A stretch of 64,000 nucleotides of DNA, from NCBI GenBank assembly GCA_964016885.1, contig OZ024740.1, positions 427,986,001 to 428,050,000 of the forward strand. Reading direction: 5' to 3'. The notes under the pieces were generated by a model, which saw nothing but the letters and a program-made list of their open reading frames with translations, ran no database searches and was not told where the DNA came from. Origin of the DNA: Eledone cirrhosa. Lineage: Eukaryota. A program made the translations under genes and the position numbers. Shown piece after piece: positions 41,811-55,438 of this stretch. Numbering within the stretch: the stretch's first letter is position 1; every line of letters begins with the position of its first letter.

Positions 41811-42294
41811 AATAAAGTCGACTGAAATTCTGTAATCAAGCCAGATTGTTAGAAGACTTTTGTGGGTTTTATTTAATTTAGTCATACAGCACAGCATTAT
41901 TAATGAGAACGTTTTTTGGGGGTTAATCCCCACTCCACTTTTTTCCACCTGCTTGCTCATCGGATACTAACTCGTTTGACTCATACTGATCCTGGATGAA
42001 TTCGTTGAAACAGATAGCTTGTATAAAGTTTATAATGTTTAAACAGTCATTACACCCATAGTTTTCTGTCAAGTACCAGTTCTTTTATCCTTGACTACAA
42101 GATATAACTTTACTAAATGACAAGCCAATTTGATGTGTCAATTTCAATTCCATAGTCTTCTTAAACACACAACCACGCAGTCTTCTCTGAACCTCAACAT
42201 ATTATGCTCTATCTAACTATTAAATCTCTTTCTGTTTGTTTTCTACTCTGTATCTTCTTTTACAGCTTTAGTGAAAGTGTAGGAGTTCATGGAG

Positions 42295-42639
42295 TATGAG
42301 AGCCGACTGAAAAGTTCATAGACTGACCAAGATACTCTCATGGAATGACTGAATGAGGTTTATTTTTCTACATAGTCTCTGAAAAGAAACAATGCAGTTA
42401 TTAATAAGAAAAGTTGAAATTAATGCAGGCAAGACTTCACAGCTCTAGCATCACTCCTTCATAGGTTGACCAAGATACTCTCAGCGAATGACTAAATGAA
42501 GTCTATTTTTCTACTTAGTCCCTGAAAAGAAACAATGCAGTTATTAATATGAAGAGTTGAAATTAATGCAGGCAAGACTTCACAGCTCTAGCATCACTCA
42601 TTCATAGTCAGCCTATGAACTTATTAGCCCACCCACGAA
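42295..42639. mobile_element. Mariner-type MITE with an internal ~143-bp tandem duplication
   Basis: Same family as 56650-56852, with degenerate TIRs. Confidence 0.8.
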
Positions 42640-43209
42640 TGTTGTGGTGCTGAAGATTAAATAGTATTTATTCTTGATTATATTCAATTCTAATAAATTA
42701 CGGATGAAATCGTTTCTTTCACTCGAAATAAATTCAGTTAATATCGTTTTTAGAAAGAGAACTTTTCTGTAAAATGTTTAGCGCCATTCTCTGAAATACA
42801 AATGTCTGTTTAATGTTGATATACTTTAGAGATGATCTTCCTTAACGGAGATCAATATTTGGTATTATTGTTTCAAAGTTTCTCTATCAATGTGACATGT
42901 AGAAATATCAAAATGTTTAGTTTTTTTTCTGTAAGATATACTTCCTGTTGTAATTTACAAATTGTTTTACTGATATTTAACGACTGTATCAAAATGTCTG
43001 ATAATGCGGTGCAGAACTGTTGATATATTTGAATGGTGTGCATTAGCATTAATTTTAATACCAATATTCATCATTAAATATAACAAGCACAGTTGGAAGT
43101 TGTTTTCTTGTATAAAAGACGTCGTTGCCAGCATCACTTCCTTAGTTCTTGCACCAATACACGGTTTCCTATCTTTACTAAGCCAACTTCGGCCACGATG
43201 GGCTCCTCT

Positions 43210-43302
<93 letters not shown>

Positions 43303-44071
43303 TCTCTCTCTCTCTTTCATTCCACACACTTCTCAACATATGCCGTCACAACTCTCATAGTTTACTCTGACCAAACTTCCATACCATTCATCTACTGAAG
43401 ACACAAAAGTCTTCCAGTTCACAGTCTTTACTGTATTCAACTTATAATACTTATATTTTTGTTAATCTCGTGATTTCAGCAAATTATCTGACGATTTCAA
43501 TATTGTTTTGAATCCAATATTTGAGAAAGAAATATCTATTTTACACAACATATGGTTTTGACTTCTCAGTTCGATTTTGTAACACTTTTCGTCAAATATA
43601 TAGAGAGGGGATATGAAATGAAATTTTGCCGAGGATATTTCCAACGTGGTATAGAGTTTGAAATACAGAGATTGTAAAAACAGCCGCTAGCACACATCCC
43701 AAGTCCTCACGGGAATCTACATTTAATCCCTCTAGCATTTTATCAAACAATTCTACATCTCTTACATTACCTCATTTCATTTCATGCCCGCTTTACACAC
43801 ACGTGCACACAAAAAAGCTGTGTGTGTCTGTGTGATTGTGTGTGTGTGTTTGTGGGTGCCTGTGTGTCTATAATTTTGTTTATATTCATGTCACTGAAGA
43901 GTGAAATGATCCTTGTTATCTCACTCTATGTTATTCTCGGGCGCTAAGCCATTCTAGCCAAGAAACACCTGTATTTTCAGATATAGCTTATTACAGGCAT
44001 AGACTACATTACCCCAAACAGAATATAATAGACCGGATACTATACATCTGCTAGTCTTAGTAAAGATCACA

Positions 44072-44389
44072 TGTATGGTCCCGTATGGTCTCCAGGGCGT
44101 CGTAGGGGCGCCGTATTAGCATACAGCGTTTCCAGAGCCGATCTCCTCTCCAGATCTGGATACAGCAGATTTCTTCAAGAAATGGATAGAGAGAGTGAGA
44201 GAATGGAGGTGAGAAAGAGATATCGAGGAACAATCGACCCCAGTACTAGACTGGTACTTTTTTATCGACATATAATAAATGGAAAGCAAAGTTGACCTCG
44301 GCGAGATTTGAACTCAGAGTGCAGAGAGCCGAAATGAATACCGCCAATCACTATTTCCGACATTCTTATGACTCTGCCAATTCACCGCC
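44072..44389 (-). mobile_element. Full-length tRNA-derived SINE with an 11-bp TSD (TAAAGATCACA)
   Basis: The TSD is at 44061-44071 and 44390-44400. The - strand has the head GGCGGTGAATTGGCAGA and box B GAGTTCAAATC. Confidence 0.85.
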
Positions 44390-44821
44390 TAAAGATCACA
44401 GCAGTTATGGCTATAATATGTTCAGTCGGATGGCAACAATTGCTGGTCTAATGTTTTTCTACACTTAACTCTGTTGGTGTTAATCCAAACATGGCGTGTG
44501 TGCTAACGAGATAATTGATGCTGTCGTTATTATTGTCGCTTGCATTTGTCGGAAATAAATACATTTGTAGATCCTAGTCTTCTTAAGGTATTATTTTAGT
44601 AACAGTCGTATGAGTTATAGATGTGTCTAGACGGTTAAACATGTACTAGCAGGCGGCGTGTGGGTTGGAACTATTTGGTATCAAACTGTTTTTCTTCAAT
44701 TTTCATCGACCTTTGAGTAATTTGATTTCATTGAGTAGGTAGTCAGTAGGTGTTGTTTATGGTAATAAAAGGTGTTTGTAGAGATTGTTAGCCTACGAGA
44801 AACCTACAATATTTCTAGACT

Positions 44822-44917
44822 GTTTCGTCCTCCCGGGAAACGCCTTCTCCATTCTGTCCGCCGAGGCTGTGGGGAGGCCACCAATATGATTGACTGACTT
44901 GTCATTTTATCAGTCAG
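44822..44917 (+). mobile_element. Very short 3' end of a CRE-type RLE element
   Basis: GGGAAACGCCTTCTCCATTCTGTCCGCC (GNAFSILSA) plus a 3' UTR nearly identical to 50920-51003. Confidence 0.8.
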
Positions 44918-45364
44918 ATGTTTTAATGATTCTATATTATATGCTATCTCAATTAGGATCCTAGTTAAATGAAACCATAGATATACATTTGTAGTCGAAA
45001 TCATTTTTAAGAAACCTGAAATAATTACACAGAAAACAACCATCTATGGAGATTTGAACTTAGAATGAATGTCACCATGTCTTTTAATGCAGGACTATTT
45101 TTAAGCTTAATTAAATAACGGTTCTTGTTATGTTATATAGATAGTAGGTTTACAGGGAATCTAGAATTAATATCCACACAGATTTGTAAACTTATTTTAC
45201 GGAAGATTAATAGAAATACTACTCAGAACGAAGGTATGTCTTTAACACTCGCTGTTTATATTTCCCACAAAATTTCTCTAAACACTACTTCCCATTAGAT
45301 AGCACAGAGCTTCTGTTAGATGGTGAAGGGTTAAATATATATACTGTACATTATTATATATATG

Positions 45365-45510
45365 CTTTCCAGCATAGTTACGTCCCTTTACGGTCTGAGT
45401 TCAAATCCCGTCGAGGTTAACTTTGCTTTTCCTCCTTACGGGGTCGATAAAATAAAGTACCAGTAATATACTGCGTAATTGCTGGCCTTGTGCCAAAAGT
45501 AGAAACAATG
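45365..45510 (+). mobile_element. 5'-truncated SINE with TSD-like TATATATACTGTACATTAT flanks
   Basis: GAGTTCAAATCCC..GAGGTTAACTTTGC..GGGGTCGATAAAATAAAGTACCAG. Confidence 0.85.
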
Positions 45511-45684
45511 ATTATATATATACTGTACATTATAAATATATATACTGTACAGTATTATTATCATAAATTCACGCTTTTTTATCACTAATATGAGACTAAG
45601 AAAGTAATTACAAACATGAACATACTAACATATTTAAAGTCAATAATATAACAGTGGAGTAAAAGCCAAAGCACAAATATATTT

Positions 45685-45895
45685 GTTTCTACATTTGGCA
45701 CAAGGCCAGCATTTATCCCACTACATTACTGGTACTTAATTTTATCGACCCCGTAAGGACGAAGGCAAAGTTAACCTCGGCGGGAAATAGCCGTCGAAAC
45801 GGCTTGAACTCTGAATATTTTCCTATTACACACTCTACTACACTAAATATTGAGTACTCTGGTGCATTATGGTCCATCTGGTTCCTTACCACACT
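45685..45895. mobile_element. SINE fragment (- strand, 45685-45785) abutting a family A tail fragment (45786-45895)
   Basis: Homologous to 55250-55438 and to 24605-24725. Confidence 0.75.
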
Positions 45896-45964
45896 CGCCC
45901 GAGAAACAATTGTAAGATGTCCAATAAATTCCTTTCGTCGCAACACTGACTCTCTTTTTTCTGT

Positions 45965-46005
<41 letters not shown>

Positions 46006-46072
46006 ATAATAATAATATTTAAACTTATATATGAGTTATATACAATTATAAATATGAAAGGGTAGTACTAAG

Positions 46073-46132
<60 letters not shown>

Positions 46133-46140
46133 ATATTATT

Positions 46141-46320
46141 TGGCAGTATCGGTAGAAGGTCGGACGCCATGCTTTGACACATTGAGTTACGGCCCTTGCC
46201 ATTCTGAGTTCAAATCCCGCCGAGGTCAACTTTGCCTTTCATCCTTACGGGGTCGATAAAATAAAGTACCAGTAATCCACTGGGGTAATAGTTGGCCTTG
46301 TGCCAAACGAAGAAACAATT
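46141..46320 (+). mobile_element. tRNA-derived SINE
   Basis: Highly similar to 55250-55438. Confidence 0.85.
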
Positions 46321-46451
46321 ATATTATATTATATTACATTATATTATAGAGTTAAATGAGAGGAGGCTGGACAGGTTGAATATATATGTATATAAACATA
46401 TCTATGTGTGTGTTTGTATGTCTATGTGTGTGTATGTATGTATGTGTGTGT

Positions 46452-46494
<43 letters not shown>

Positions 46495-46701
46495 CCTTTT
46501 TCTGTCGTGTCATATATGAAAAAAGCGAAGGAAAAAGAGAAATTGAAATAGGAAATCTTATGTAAAAATATGATGGTACTTGGAGTATAGACACCGGTCA
46601 GGGGGTGGGGACAATAGACTGTGAGTTGGGGAAAGATAAGGGGAGAGAGATGAGGGGAGGGAGATAGAGGTAGTCAGAGAGATATAGAGTAGGTAGATAG
46701 C

Positions 46702-46703
<2 letters not shown>

Positions 46704-46775
<72 letters not shown>
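46704..46775. repeat. (GATA)n microsatellite
   Basis: Read directly from the sequence. Confidence 0.97.
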
Positions 46776-46776
<1 letters not shown>

Positions 46777-47337
46777 TGCGAAGGTGAGAGGGAGTGAGAG
46801 TTAGAGAAAGATAAAGGGATAGAGAAAGACAAAGAGAAAGACAGAGAGAGAGTGTCTTAGAGTATAAATATGTTCAAACGAGAATATGTTGAAGGCAGCG
46901 TCTTTAGCCAACAGGTGTATTAATAGATGCAGAGTCTGTAAGATATTCCCAGAGGATCATATATTAATTCCAGCAGAGTCACTTTAACAACATTCTACAC
47001 ATTTAAACAGACTTTTACATTCACTTGCTCTTTTATATCGATTATTGTTTTCCCTGTCATGGCTACATGTGGAAGACAGTTAACACACGCACACACAGAC
47101 ACACGATGTGCGTACATATCTTCTTATATATATATATGTGTGTGTGTATATATATATATGTAAGTTTATCCCATGTTCAATCGTGGGTAACCACAGTAAT
47201 TAAGGTACTCAATAAAAAACGGAGTATAAATATTTAATATAGAAAGGCTTCTACAGGACTAGAACTGTTTCATTCAATGGTTTGATCCCAGCAAGTCCTA
47301 TGATCATTAATTCAACACACACACACACACACACACG

Positions 47338-47373
<36 letters not shown>

Positions 47374-47824
47374 TGGTCATGACTGCTACTACTGTAGTAG
47401 GCCGGCCGCTGTCTTATTAACAACCCACTTTCCACCGATTGACCTCGACGTCACGTGTTCGATTCTTTTTGAATTTGCCACGGACACAGAGGCAGTGATT
47501 TTTCTCAATGGCTAGGAAGTAAGTCCACGCTTTGCTATTCCTATTCACTGATTTATTTTTAATAAGCTTCCAGTGTCCTCGCTTTGCCTGGAAACTTATA
47601 TGAGAATTGACTTTCCTGATGACGGGATGTTTCTCTACACCTTCTTCGGAAGATGTATCTACTCCATTCCAGAAACTAATTAGTTGGAAGTGATATTTTA
47701 GTAAGTAAGTTAATTTTATTAATTTTCTTATCTTACGTCTCTTATATTATTGTCTGCAACCCCATGCATTGAACACAATGTTATTAAGACAAAACCTATA
47801 TATTTGCTAGCATCGATATGCATT

Positions 47825-48309
<485 letters not shown>

Positions 48310-48789
48310 GCAGAGGTTATATTTTAATTTGTTGGGATTCACAAGCTTAAAGATTTTTTATAACTGATATAAAGCACTTCAACAGTTTAGTGGAGCAAAT
48401 ACACAATATATTAATAAAATGGAAACTATATTTATAAAACCATATTTATTTTATTATACATATTTCAAGGGCCACCAAGGCAAAATATGGTGCGCTTTCA
48501 TCAGATAAAATACAGATTTGTTTTATAAATAAATATTGACATACCCGAAAAAAGACAGCCTTAACGGTTGGAGCTTCCTGGATAGACTTCCTGACTATCC
48601 AGGAAGTCTATCCAGGAAGATCCAACGTTAAGGTTGTCTTTTTTTCCGGGTATCTCAATATTTATTTATAAACAAATCTGTATTTTATCTGATGAAAGCG
48701 CACCATATTTTGCCTTGGTGGCCCTTGAAATATGTATAATAAAATAAATATGGTTTTATAAATATAGTTTCCATTTATTAATATATTGT
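48310..48789 (-). mobile_element. Second, diverged family D fold-back (arms 48403-48593 / 48600-48789, plus a 93-bp tail)
   Basis: Near-perfect inverted repeat that shares GGAAACTATATTTATAAAACCATATTTATTT with 34804. Confidence 0.8.
48681..48746 (+). ncRNA. Minimal type I hammerhead ribozyme (mirror on - strand at 48447-48512)
   Basis: TATTTTAT-CTGATGA-AAGCGCACCA...TGGTGGCCCTT-GAAA-TATGTA-TA-ATAAAATA, with a perfect 8-bp stem I. Confidence 0.85.
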
Positions 48790-48854
48790 ATATATATATA
48801 TATATATAAGTATATATATTGTATATATAAACACTTGTGTGTTCACAGATTGAT

Positions 48855-48885
<31 letters not shown>

Positions 48886-48957
48886 TTCAGAAGATCCCGT
48901 TAAGGGTGAAAGCACCGATTCTTTGCTTAAATTTAATCTGTTATTTTAATAAATGTA

Positions 48958-48987
<30 letters not shown>

Positions 48988-48996
<9 letters not shown>

Positions 48997-49692
48997 AGCG
49001 GAGCAAGCGGTTATCAAACAATTCTCTAAATAAATTAAAAAACGATTTAAATAATCACCTGTTCTATTGCTGTTACCGACGGTTTCATCATTCCAAAAGA
49101 TTGGAAATCCAGAGAATTTCCAATGGAAAGAAATGAATCTTCAGACAACTTATTTCCATACTATAAGGTTGCCAGCCCTACATTAAGTAAATATTTCGCT
49201 TCCTGCCCAGCGCATGCGGTCAAGCCGTTAAAATGACACACACGCAAATCAGGTCGCAGATAATAGCTGTTTATTATAAACGTATTGATACTGCCACTAA
49301 AATTAGTAGCATTATTCAACGTTTTGTTCTCTACATAAGGAGAAAAATTATAAAAGTGGATGAATATTTCAACAGGCACTATGTACTTGTAGAAATAGGC
49401 AAGGTGTTTATAATATTTGTGGTTGAATGGTACTAATTCGAGATACCAGAACAATATAAAAATAGCGGAGCAAGCGGTTATCAAACAATTCTCTAAATAA
49501 ATTAAAAAACGATAATAGAACAGGTGATTATTTAAATCGTTTTTTAATTTATTTAGAGAATTGTTTGATAACCGCTTGCTCCGCTATTTTTATATTGTTC
49601 TGGTATCTAGAATTAGTACCATTGAACCACAAATATTATAAACACCTTGCATATTTCTACAAGTACATAGTGCCTGTTGAAATATTCATCCA

Positions 49693-49700
<8 letters not shown>
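48988..49700 (-). mobile_element. Family F: 467-bp monomer with terminal direct repeat plus an inverted partial copy (retrozyme / Penelope pLTR-like)
   Basis: AAAAATAGCGGAGCAAGCGG occurs at 48991 and 49458. The stretch 49514-49700 is inverted, and (TA)n flanks both sides. Confidence 0.75.
49069..49149 (-). ncRNA. Type I hammerhead ribozyme, canonical core, GUA triplet
   Basis: - strand: GTTGT-CTGAAGA-TTCATTTC..TTGGAAAT..ATTTCCAA..GGAATGAT-GAAA-CCGTCGG-TA-ACAGC. Confidence 0.8.
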
Positions 49701-49776
<76 letters not shown>

Positions 49777-50796
49777 CATATACACTTACATTCATATATA
49801 TATATATAGTGTGTGTGTATATGTGTGTGTTGAATTAATGATCAAAGAACTTGCTGGGATCAAAGCATAAATTATCCTATGTGCGTTTGGTTAACAAGGA
49901 AATTAACCTGTCGTTATGTGTATATATATATATATGCGTGTGTGTATGTATGTATATATACTGTAGCGTAATTTAGTAAAGAATATCCAAATTTGGGAGA
50001 GCACTCAATCCGGGAGACGTGTTGTGGTACAGATATGTATTTATTTATCCCTCGATACAACCCAACAAACAACAGCTGGGCAGAATATAGGTGGGAATGT
50101 GGGAAGACCAATTTAAAAAATGCCTCCAAAAACATGATTTGACCTTGAAATATACGGGAAAATATGCAGATATTAACTTGCAATCCATGTATGGACACTT
50201 ACAAAGACTGGCACAAATTTCCCTATGAAAATGGAGCATTCTTCAAAGATCTCGGCCCAGTGCAAATGACACATTCTAAAATCTTCACAATTCCAACAAT
50301 CTTCTGAATCCGGGTACTTCAATCACTGCCCCTACACACATTAGATGCCCCTAATGATCTGGGAAAATAAGCTTTGCCGGATTAAAAGAACTGTGAGATC
50401 ACGGATCCCACCAATTGACCACCGATATCACCTACCTTCATTTTCTTTTTTAACCCTATGAACACTACAAAGGGAAGTTCCCTTCATTTTCTCATGGAAT
50501 ATATATTTTTCAAAGCCAAATTTATAATAACCAAGTTACCTCGCTTTCCTTTCATTAACAATTCTATATATATATCTTTCTTTATATTGATTAAATTTTC
50601 TACTGCCGTTTTGGAAATCTTTCGCATTCGATGGAGAAGAACGCATCCATTATAAAATCGTGTCCATAGATCTGAGGATTCGTGGCCTGACTCAGAAATA
50701 TGAGAAATATCAGCATATAATAAAAAAGCATGATGTTTATGGAACAGAAAGTATTGGAAAGAAATAGAAGTGTTAGGAAGTCGTAAGTGTACAGGG

Positions 50797-51003
50797 CTGG
50801 TGTCCTCGGCCCTAGGTCTGCCTCGCTACTCACCACCATAGGCGGTGAGCTGGCCAACCGCAGGTGTGAGCCTCGCGAGCTAGAATCGCTTTTCCACTGC
50901 GTCTCATTTGCCGTCCTCCGGGGAAACGCCTTCTCCATTCTGTCCGCCGGGGCTGTGGGGAGGCCACCAATATGATTGACTGACTTGTCCTTTTATCAGT
51001 CAA
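50797..51003 (+). mobile_element. 3' end of a CRE-type RLE element with intact C-terminal frame, stop codon and 3' UTR hairpin
   Basis: Encodes AGVLGPRSASLLTTIGGELANRRCEPRELESLFHCVSFAVLRGNAFSILSAGAVGRPPI*, followed by a TTGACTGA...TCAGTCAA stem. Confidence 0.85.
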
Positions 51004-51114
51004 CTGTTGCTGTCGTTAACAAATTAATTTTCCTGCCAGTATCAAAGACTGAATATAAGACAAAACACTTGAAGAAAGGTAAATATCTACGTATCTACTT
51101 ATCTGTCTATCTAT

Positions 51115-53132
51115 GTGCAATCCCGACCAGGTCCATACACGACAACCTCCACCTCATGCGATACATCATAGAGAGGGTGGGTAGTAAACCCGGCTTCGGT
51201 GGGGCTCTGATCAACTTGGATCAGTCTAAGGCATTCGATAGGGTCGACCATCGATACTTGGAAGCGGTTCTCAAGGCGGCCGGTTTCGGTCCCGTGTTCA
51301 GAGGATGGATCGAGGCGATGCACACCAGCATCTGCTCGAGGGTCAAGGTGAACGGCTACCTATCGGAGCCGTTCGCAATCACGCGTTCCATTCGACAGGG
51401 ATGCCGTCTCTCCTCCATTCTGTATGTATTGACTCTAGAGCCACTACTGCGGAAATTGTAGCTGTTGCAGGGCATCCCCCTAGAACCGGGACTGCGCAAA
51501 GCGGCGTCGGCTTATGCCGACGACGTGACAGTAATGGTGTCGAGCACCTCGGAAATCGGGGTGATCGGCAACATACTGAAAGAATACGAAACGCTGACGG
51601 GAGCAAAACTAAACCCAGACAAGTCTGTCGGTTTGCAACTCGGTACGTGGAGAGCCAAACCGATGACATCCGACAGCGTCGTTGGACGCTGGACGGACGG
51701 ACCGGTGAAATTGCTCGGGGTCTGGTTCGGTCCAGACCTCCAAGTGGAGAAAAACTGGAACGAGATCACGGCCAAGGTGTTTGCACTCACTCAGAAGTGG
51801 GCAGAGTGCAAACTGTCCTTGAAAGGTCGAGCGGAGGTGGCGAACACTTTCATAGCGTCCGTCATCTACTACCGCTTGACTGTCGTGCCTTGTCCCCGTG
51901 AACACCTCGCCAAGATGGAACGCATGCTCTTCCAGTTTCTGTGGAAGAAGCAGGCTCCGCTGGTGAGGAGATCCGTCTGCTGTCAGCACCCTTCCAACGG
52001 AGGGCTGGGAATGCCGTGGCTGATGATGCGCAAACATGCGCTGAGGCTGCGGCATCTCCAGGTATTCCTCACCGACCCCCAACCGGTGTGGGCACCGTTT
52101 GTGAGACAGGCTTTCCCACAGCTCGTCTCGCTAACGGAGCTGCAGTCCTGGGTGAAGAAAAGACCGAAAACGATGGGCGCCTGGCACATTGAATGCGCTC
52201 AGGCGCTCACAGTCCTCTGGCAAGCGGGCACAGCAATCAGTGGAGACTCCACTTCGACATTCTATAGAGGGATTGTACGTTACAAGGGCGACGACGTGCT
52301 CGGAGAGACTCTGGGCGTCGAAGACGATGAGCTCACCAGTATGTTTGGTAGGACTTTCCGCCCGGGACCTATGGACAACTTCCAGAGGTCCCTGGCCTGG
52401 CAGTGCTACCGAGGAGCTCTACCGGTTCGTGACAAGATCTACAGGCACGGACGCCCTGGCAGGGATCCTTCCAAGAGGACGTGTCCAAGATGTGCGCAGG
52501 ACATTGAAACAGTTCTGCACGCAATTGTACACTGCCCGGGCGTAAGTGACCTATGGAACTATGCAGAACAACTGCTGTCGCGTATGGGACAAATACAGTT
52601 GACTGCCGAGTCCATAGTAAGGATCAAACCGCCAGACTCTTTCAAAAACGAAAGAGAGGCGGTTTTCCTCTGTACGGTGGCTATGGTGAAAGAAGTTATA
52701 TGGTGGACGAGGTTGAGAGGACTGAGGACAGATGCCTTTCTCTCCGGACAACAATTGATTCCATTCTTTAAGTATCACTTTAGAAGGAGAATCAGGGTGG
52801 AGAGAGAGGCACTGCACCCCAATAAATTTACTGAAAGGTGGGTGAATGAAGCGAAAATGGCCCGAGTGATTGGGCCTTCTCTGTTTATAAGCCTGTAGGT
52901 TGAGGAAGAGAGCAAAAGGAAGAAAGGAGCACTTGCACAACACGCTCCTTGAGTTGAGGGTTGTTCTATCTACGGGGTATTAAACAACCCATTTGTGGCG
53001 CCTCCCCCCTATTGGGGATTTCGATTGTTGAAATTGTTTGTTTTTATATTTTTTACACGACTGTATGTAAAATCCCCGGCATGTCTTTGTATTGTCCCCT
53101 TTCTTGTTGCGCCCTTGTGGCTAATAAAGAAA
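51115..53132 (+). mobile_element. 5'-truncated Tx1/L1-clade LINE ORF2 (RT plus CCHC finger), with one in-frame stop at 51459-51461, ORF end at 52898 and AATAAA at 53123
   Basis: Motifs RSIHDN, LDQSKAFDRVDH, SIRQGC, YADD, LSLKGR, GGLG and CPRC..ETVLH....C are present. A candidate TSD TCTATCTAT lies at 51106-51114 and 53133-53141. Confidence 0.93.
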
Positions 53133-55249
53133 TCTATCTATATATCAGGCATTTATTGTGTTTATAGCTATCGACTTAAGTATATTAACCAATGTATCTA
53201 TCATCGGACACAAACACCAATAAAACGAAGTTACAGCACAAATATCAACAGTCTTAAGATAAATAACTAGATCTATAAATATAACAAAATCATCGGAATT
53301 CGATGGATATATATTTGATAATTATTACAGAATATATGGAAGGAAATAATTGTAATTACTTAAAATGAAACTTGGTGATGACTTGAGTAACAAGTCAAAA
53401 CTTCATGATTCAAGCATCCTTACATAGAATGTTGTAATCGTAAGAATATTGAATTTAATTATTTTTTAAATATAAATCTTAATCCAGAAATATAATTTTC
53501 GATATAGGCATAATACCAATTTTTTTGAGAAAGAGGCAAACTTTATCGACTGTGAAAGTATCAATATCAAAGACAATGTCTACATTGATGGTTTATGAAT
53601 TCAGGCCGTAAATATACAGCAAAGCATTTACTGCAGCGCTTTCACTCCACCGGCAGAAAGAAATCAATAGTAAAAAGATAACAATTGGAGTACGTTCTTT
53701 TCTAATTAATATTGTAAGCGTGTGATTTATAGCTGGAGTTTATTTTTAATTAAAGAAACATTTGGCAATTAAGCAGAAAGACGCAAAGAGGCGAAGGTGA
53801 TTGATAAAAGAAAAGTTGTTTAATTTCCACATAAAATTTATTCAAACAACTTAAGTAATATTGATGTTTTCTTTCGATAACGTAAGTATTAAGCCTCGCT
53901 AATGCAGTGGGGTGTGTATATATGTTATCAACACTGCAATAATGATTATAATTATTTATATTTCTCATTGAAGCTTGATGTAATTTATAATTTACTGTTA
54001 AATCGGCTATATAAATATGGAGAGTTTTATATCAAAACAAAAATATCACTACCATGACGATAGCATTATTTTATATTAAAACAATATATGAGCGGGTTGT
54101 GGGTGTGATATGAAATATATAACTGCACTCACGCTAGGAAATTTCTTCTCTAAAATCTCAGGTAATTCCAAAACCATGAAAATGAAATTATGTTGAAAGA
54201 AATTGCGTAGAATTTTATGAGTCCTTGGATGACGGAGATATAAAAGTCAATGGTTTAACATGAATACATAACACTTTTGTATATTTAATAGAGTTCTCTC
54301 CCTCGCAAGGATTTGGACCGAGTGTACAGCTGGTACATATATGAGCTGGGTCATTCTAATATAGACCCATCGAGCCGATGAAAGAACCATTACATGTTCA
54401 CTCGACCTACTAGATAGTAGCCAACTCTCCTCCATATTATATCTTACAACATAAAAAGTCACGTGTACATAGCAGGATGTAGTCACGGATAGAATAAATA
54501 TGGAACTTTAGATAGGTAATCGAATACCTGGTATTCTGTTGTATATTTTGCTAAATCGCTAAATACGAGACCTTCAGTGATGTTATTAAACTGATACGTT
54601 CCTCAACTGTTAATGTATTGTGTTCTCCATAGCCTATAGAAACCTGGTCACCTGGTTCCTCCAGCCTCACGATCAGGGTTCACAAGTGCTTTTTGTGGTG
54701 AATGATTATTTTTAAGGGGTTGGGATACAAGGTTTACGCCCAGCCTTATTTCTTTCTCAATCTAGCTCAGAATAAATTAAATATCCTATAGTAGAGGTAA
54801 ATATATACACAGAAGCCGTGTAAATTCCCGTCAGGTGAACTCTACCTGTAACTCGAACAAGCTAACATTATCACACTCTCTTACGTTCTTTCTGTTTGAA
54901 AATTTCGTTAACATCATGGGTAATTTTGGAATACTCAGCCACTTTTATTCTAATTCAATGGGTATATTGTTCCGTTAGTCGAACAACTAGAAACAACCCT
55001 ACTTGTTTCCAAACAAACAACTGATATGAGATTAAGGATCTAGCCACATATTACTCTGTATATTTCATACCGTGAATTTTACTACACGACACCTACTATT
55101 TTAGACATATCCTGCTCAAAATAGTGTAATATGATTCCCTCGTTATTGTGTATATTACATAGCATGTATTTACTACATGGCACCATCTACTTTAAACATT
55201 CCCGCTCAATATGTTGCTATATGGTCCATATATTATTATATATTACAAT

Positions 55250-55438
55250 GGCGGTGGATTGGCAGTATCGGTAGAGGGTCGGACGCCATGCTTTGACGCA
55301 TAGAGTTACGGCTCTTGCCATTCTGAATTCAAATCCCGCCGAGGTTAACTTTGCCTTTCACTCTTACGGGGTCGATAATATAAAATACCAGTAATGCACT
55401 GGATAATTGCTGGCCTTGTGCCAAAAGTTGAAACAATT
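55250..55438 (+). mobile_element. Full-length tRNA-derived SINE with TSD-like TATATATTACA flanks
   Basis: GGCGGTGGATTGGCAG head, box B-like GAATTCAAATCCC and a GGGGTCGATAA central domain. Confidence 0.85.

Noticed and set aside
47255-47300. Hammerhead-like layout AGGAC...GAAACAGTTCTA-GTCCT on the - strand (related sequence at 49830-49870)
   Set aside because: The core reads TTGCTGG, lacking A6 and A9, so it cannot be called a hammerhead.
48888-48920. CAGAAGA-T-CCCGTTAAGGG-T-GAAA hammerhead-like motif
   Set aside because: U4 is substituted and there is no stem I partner.
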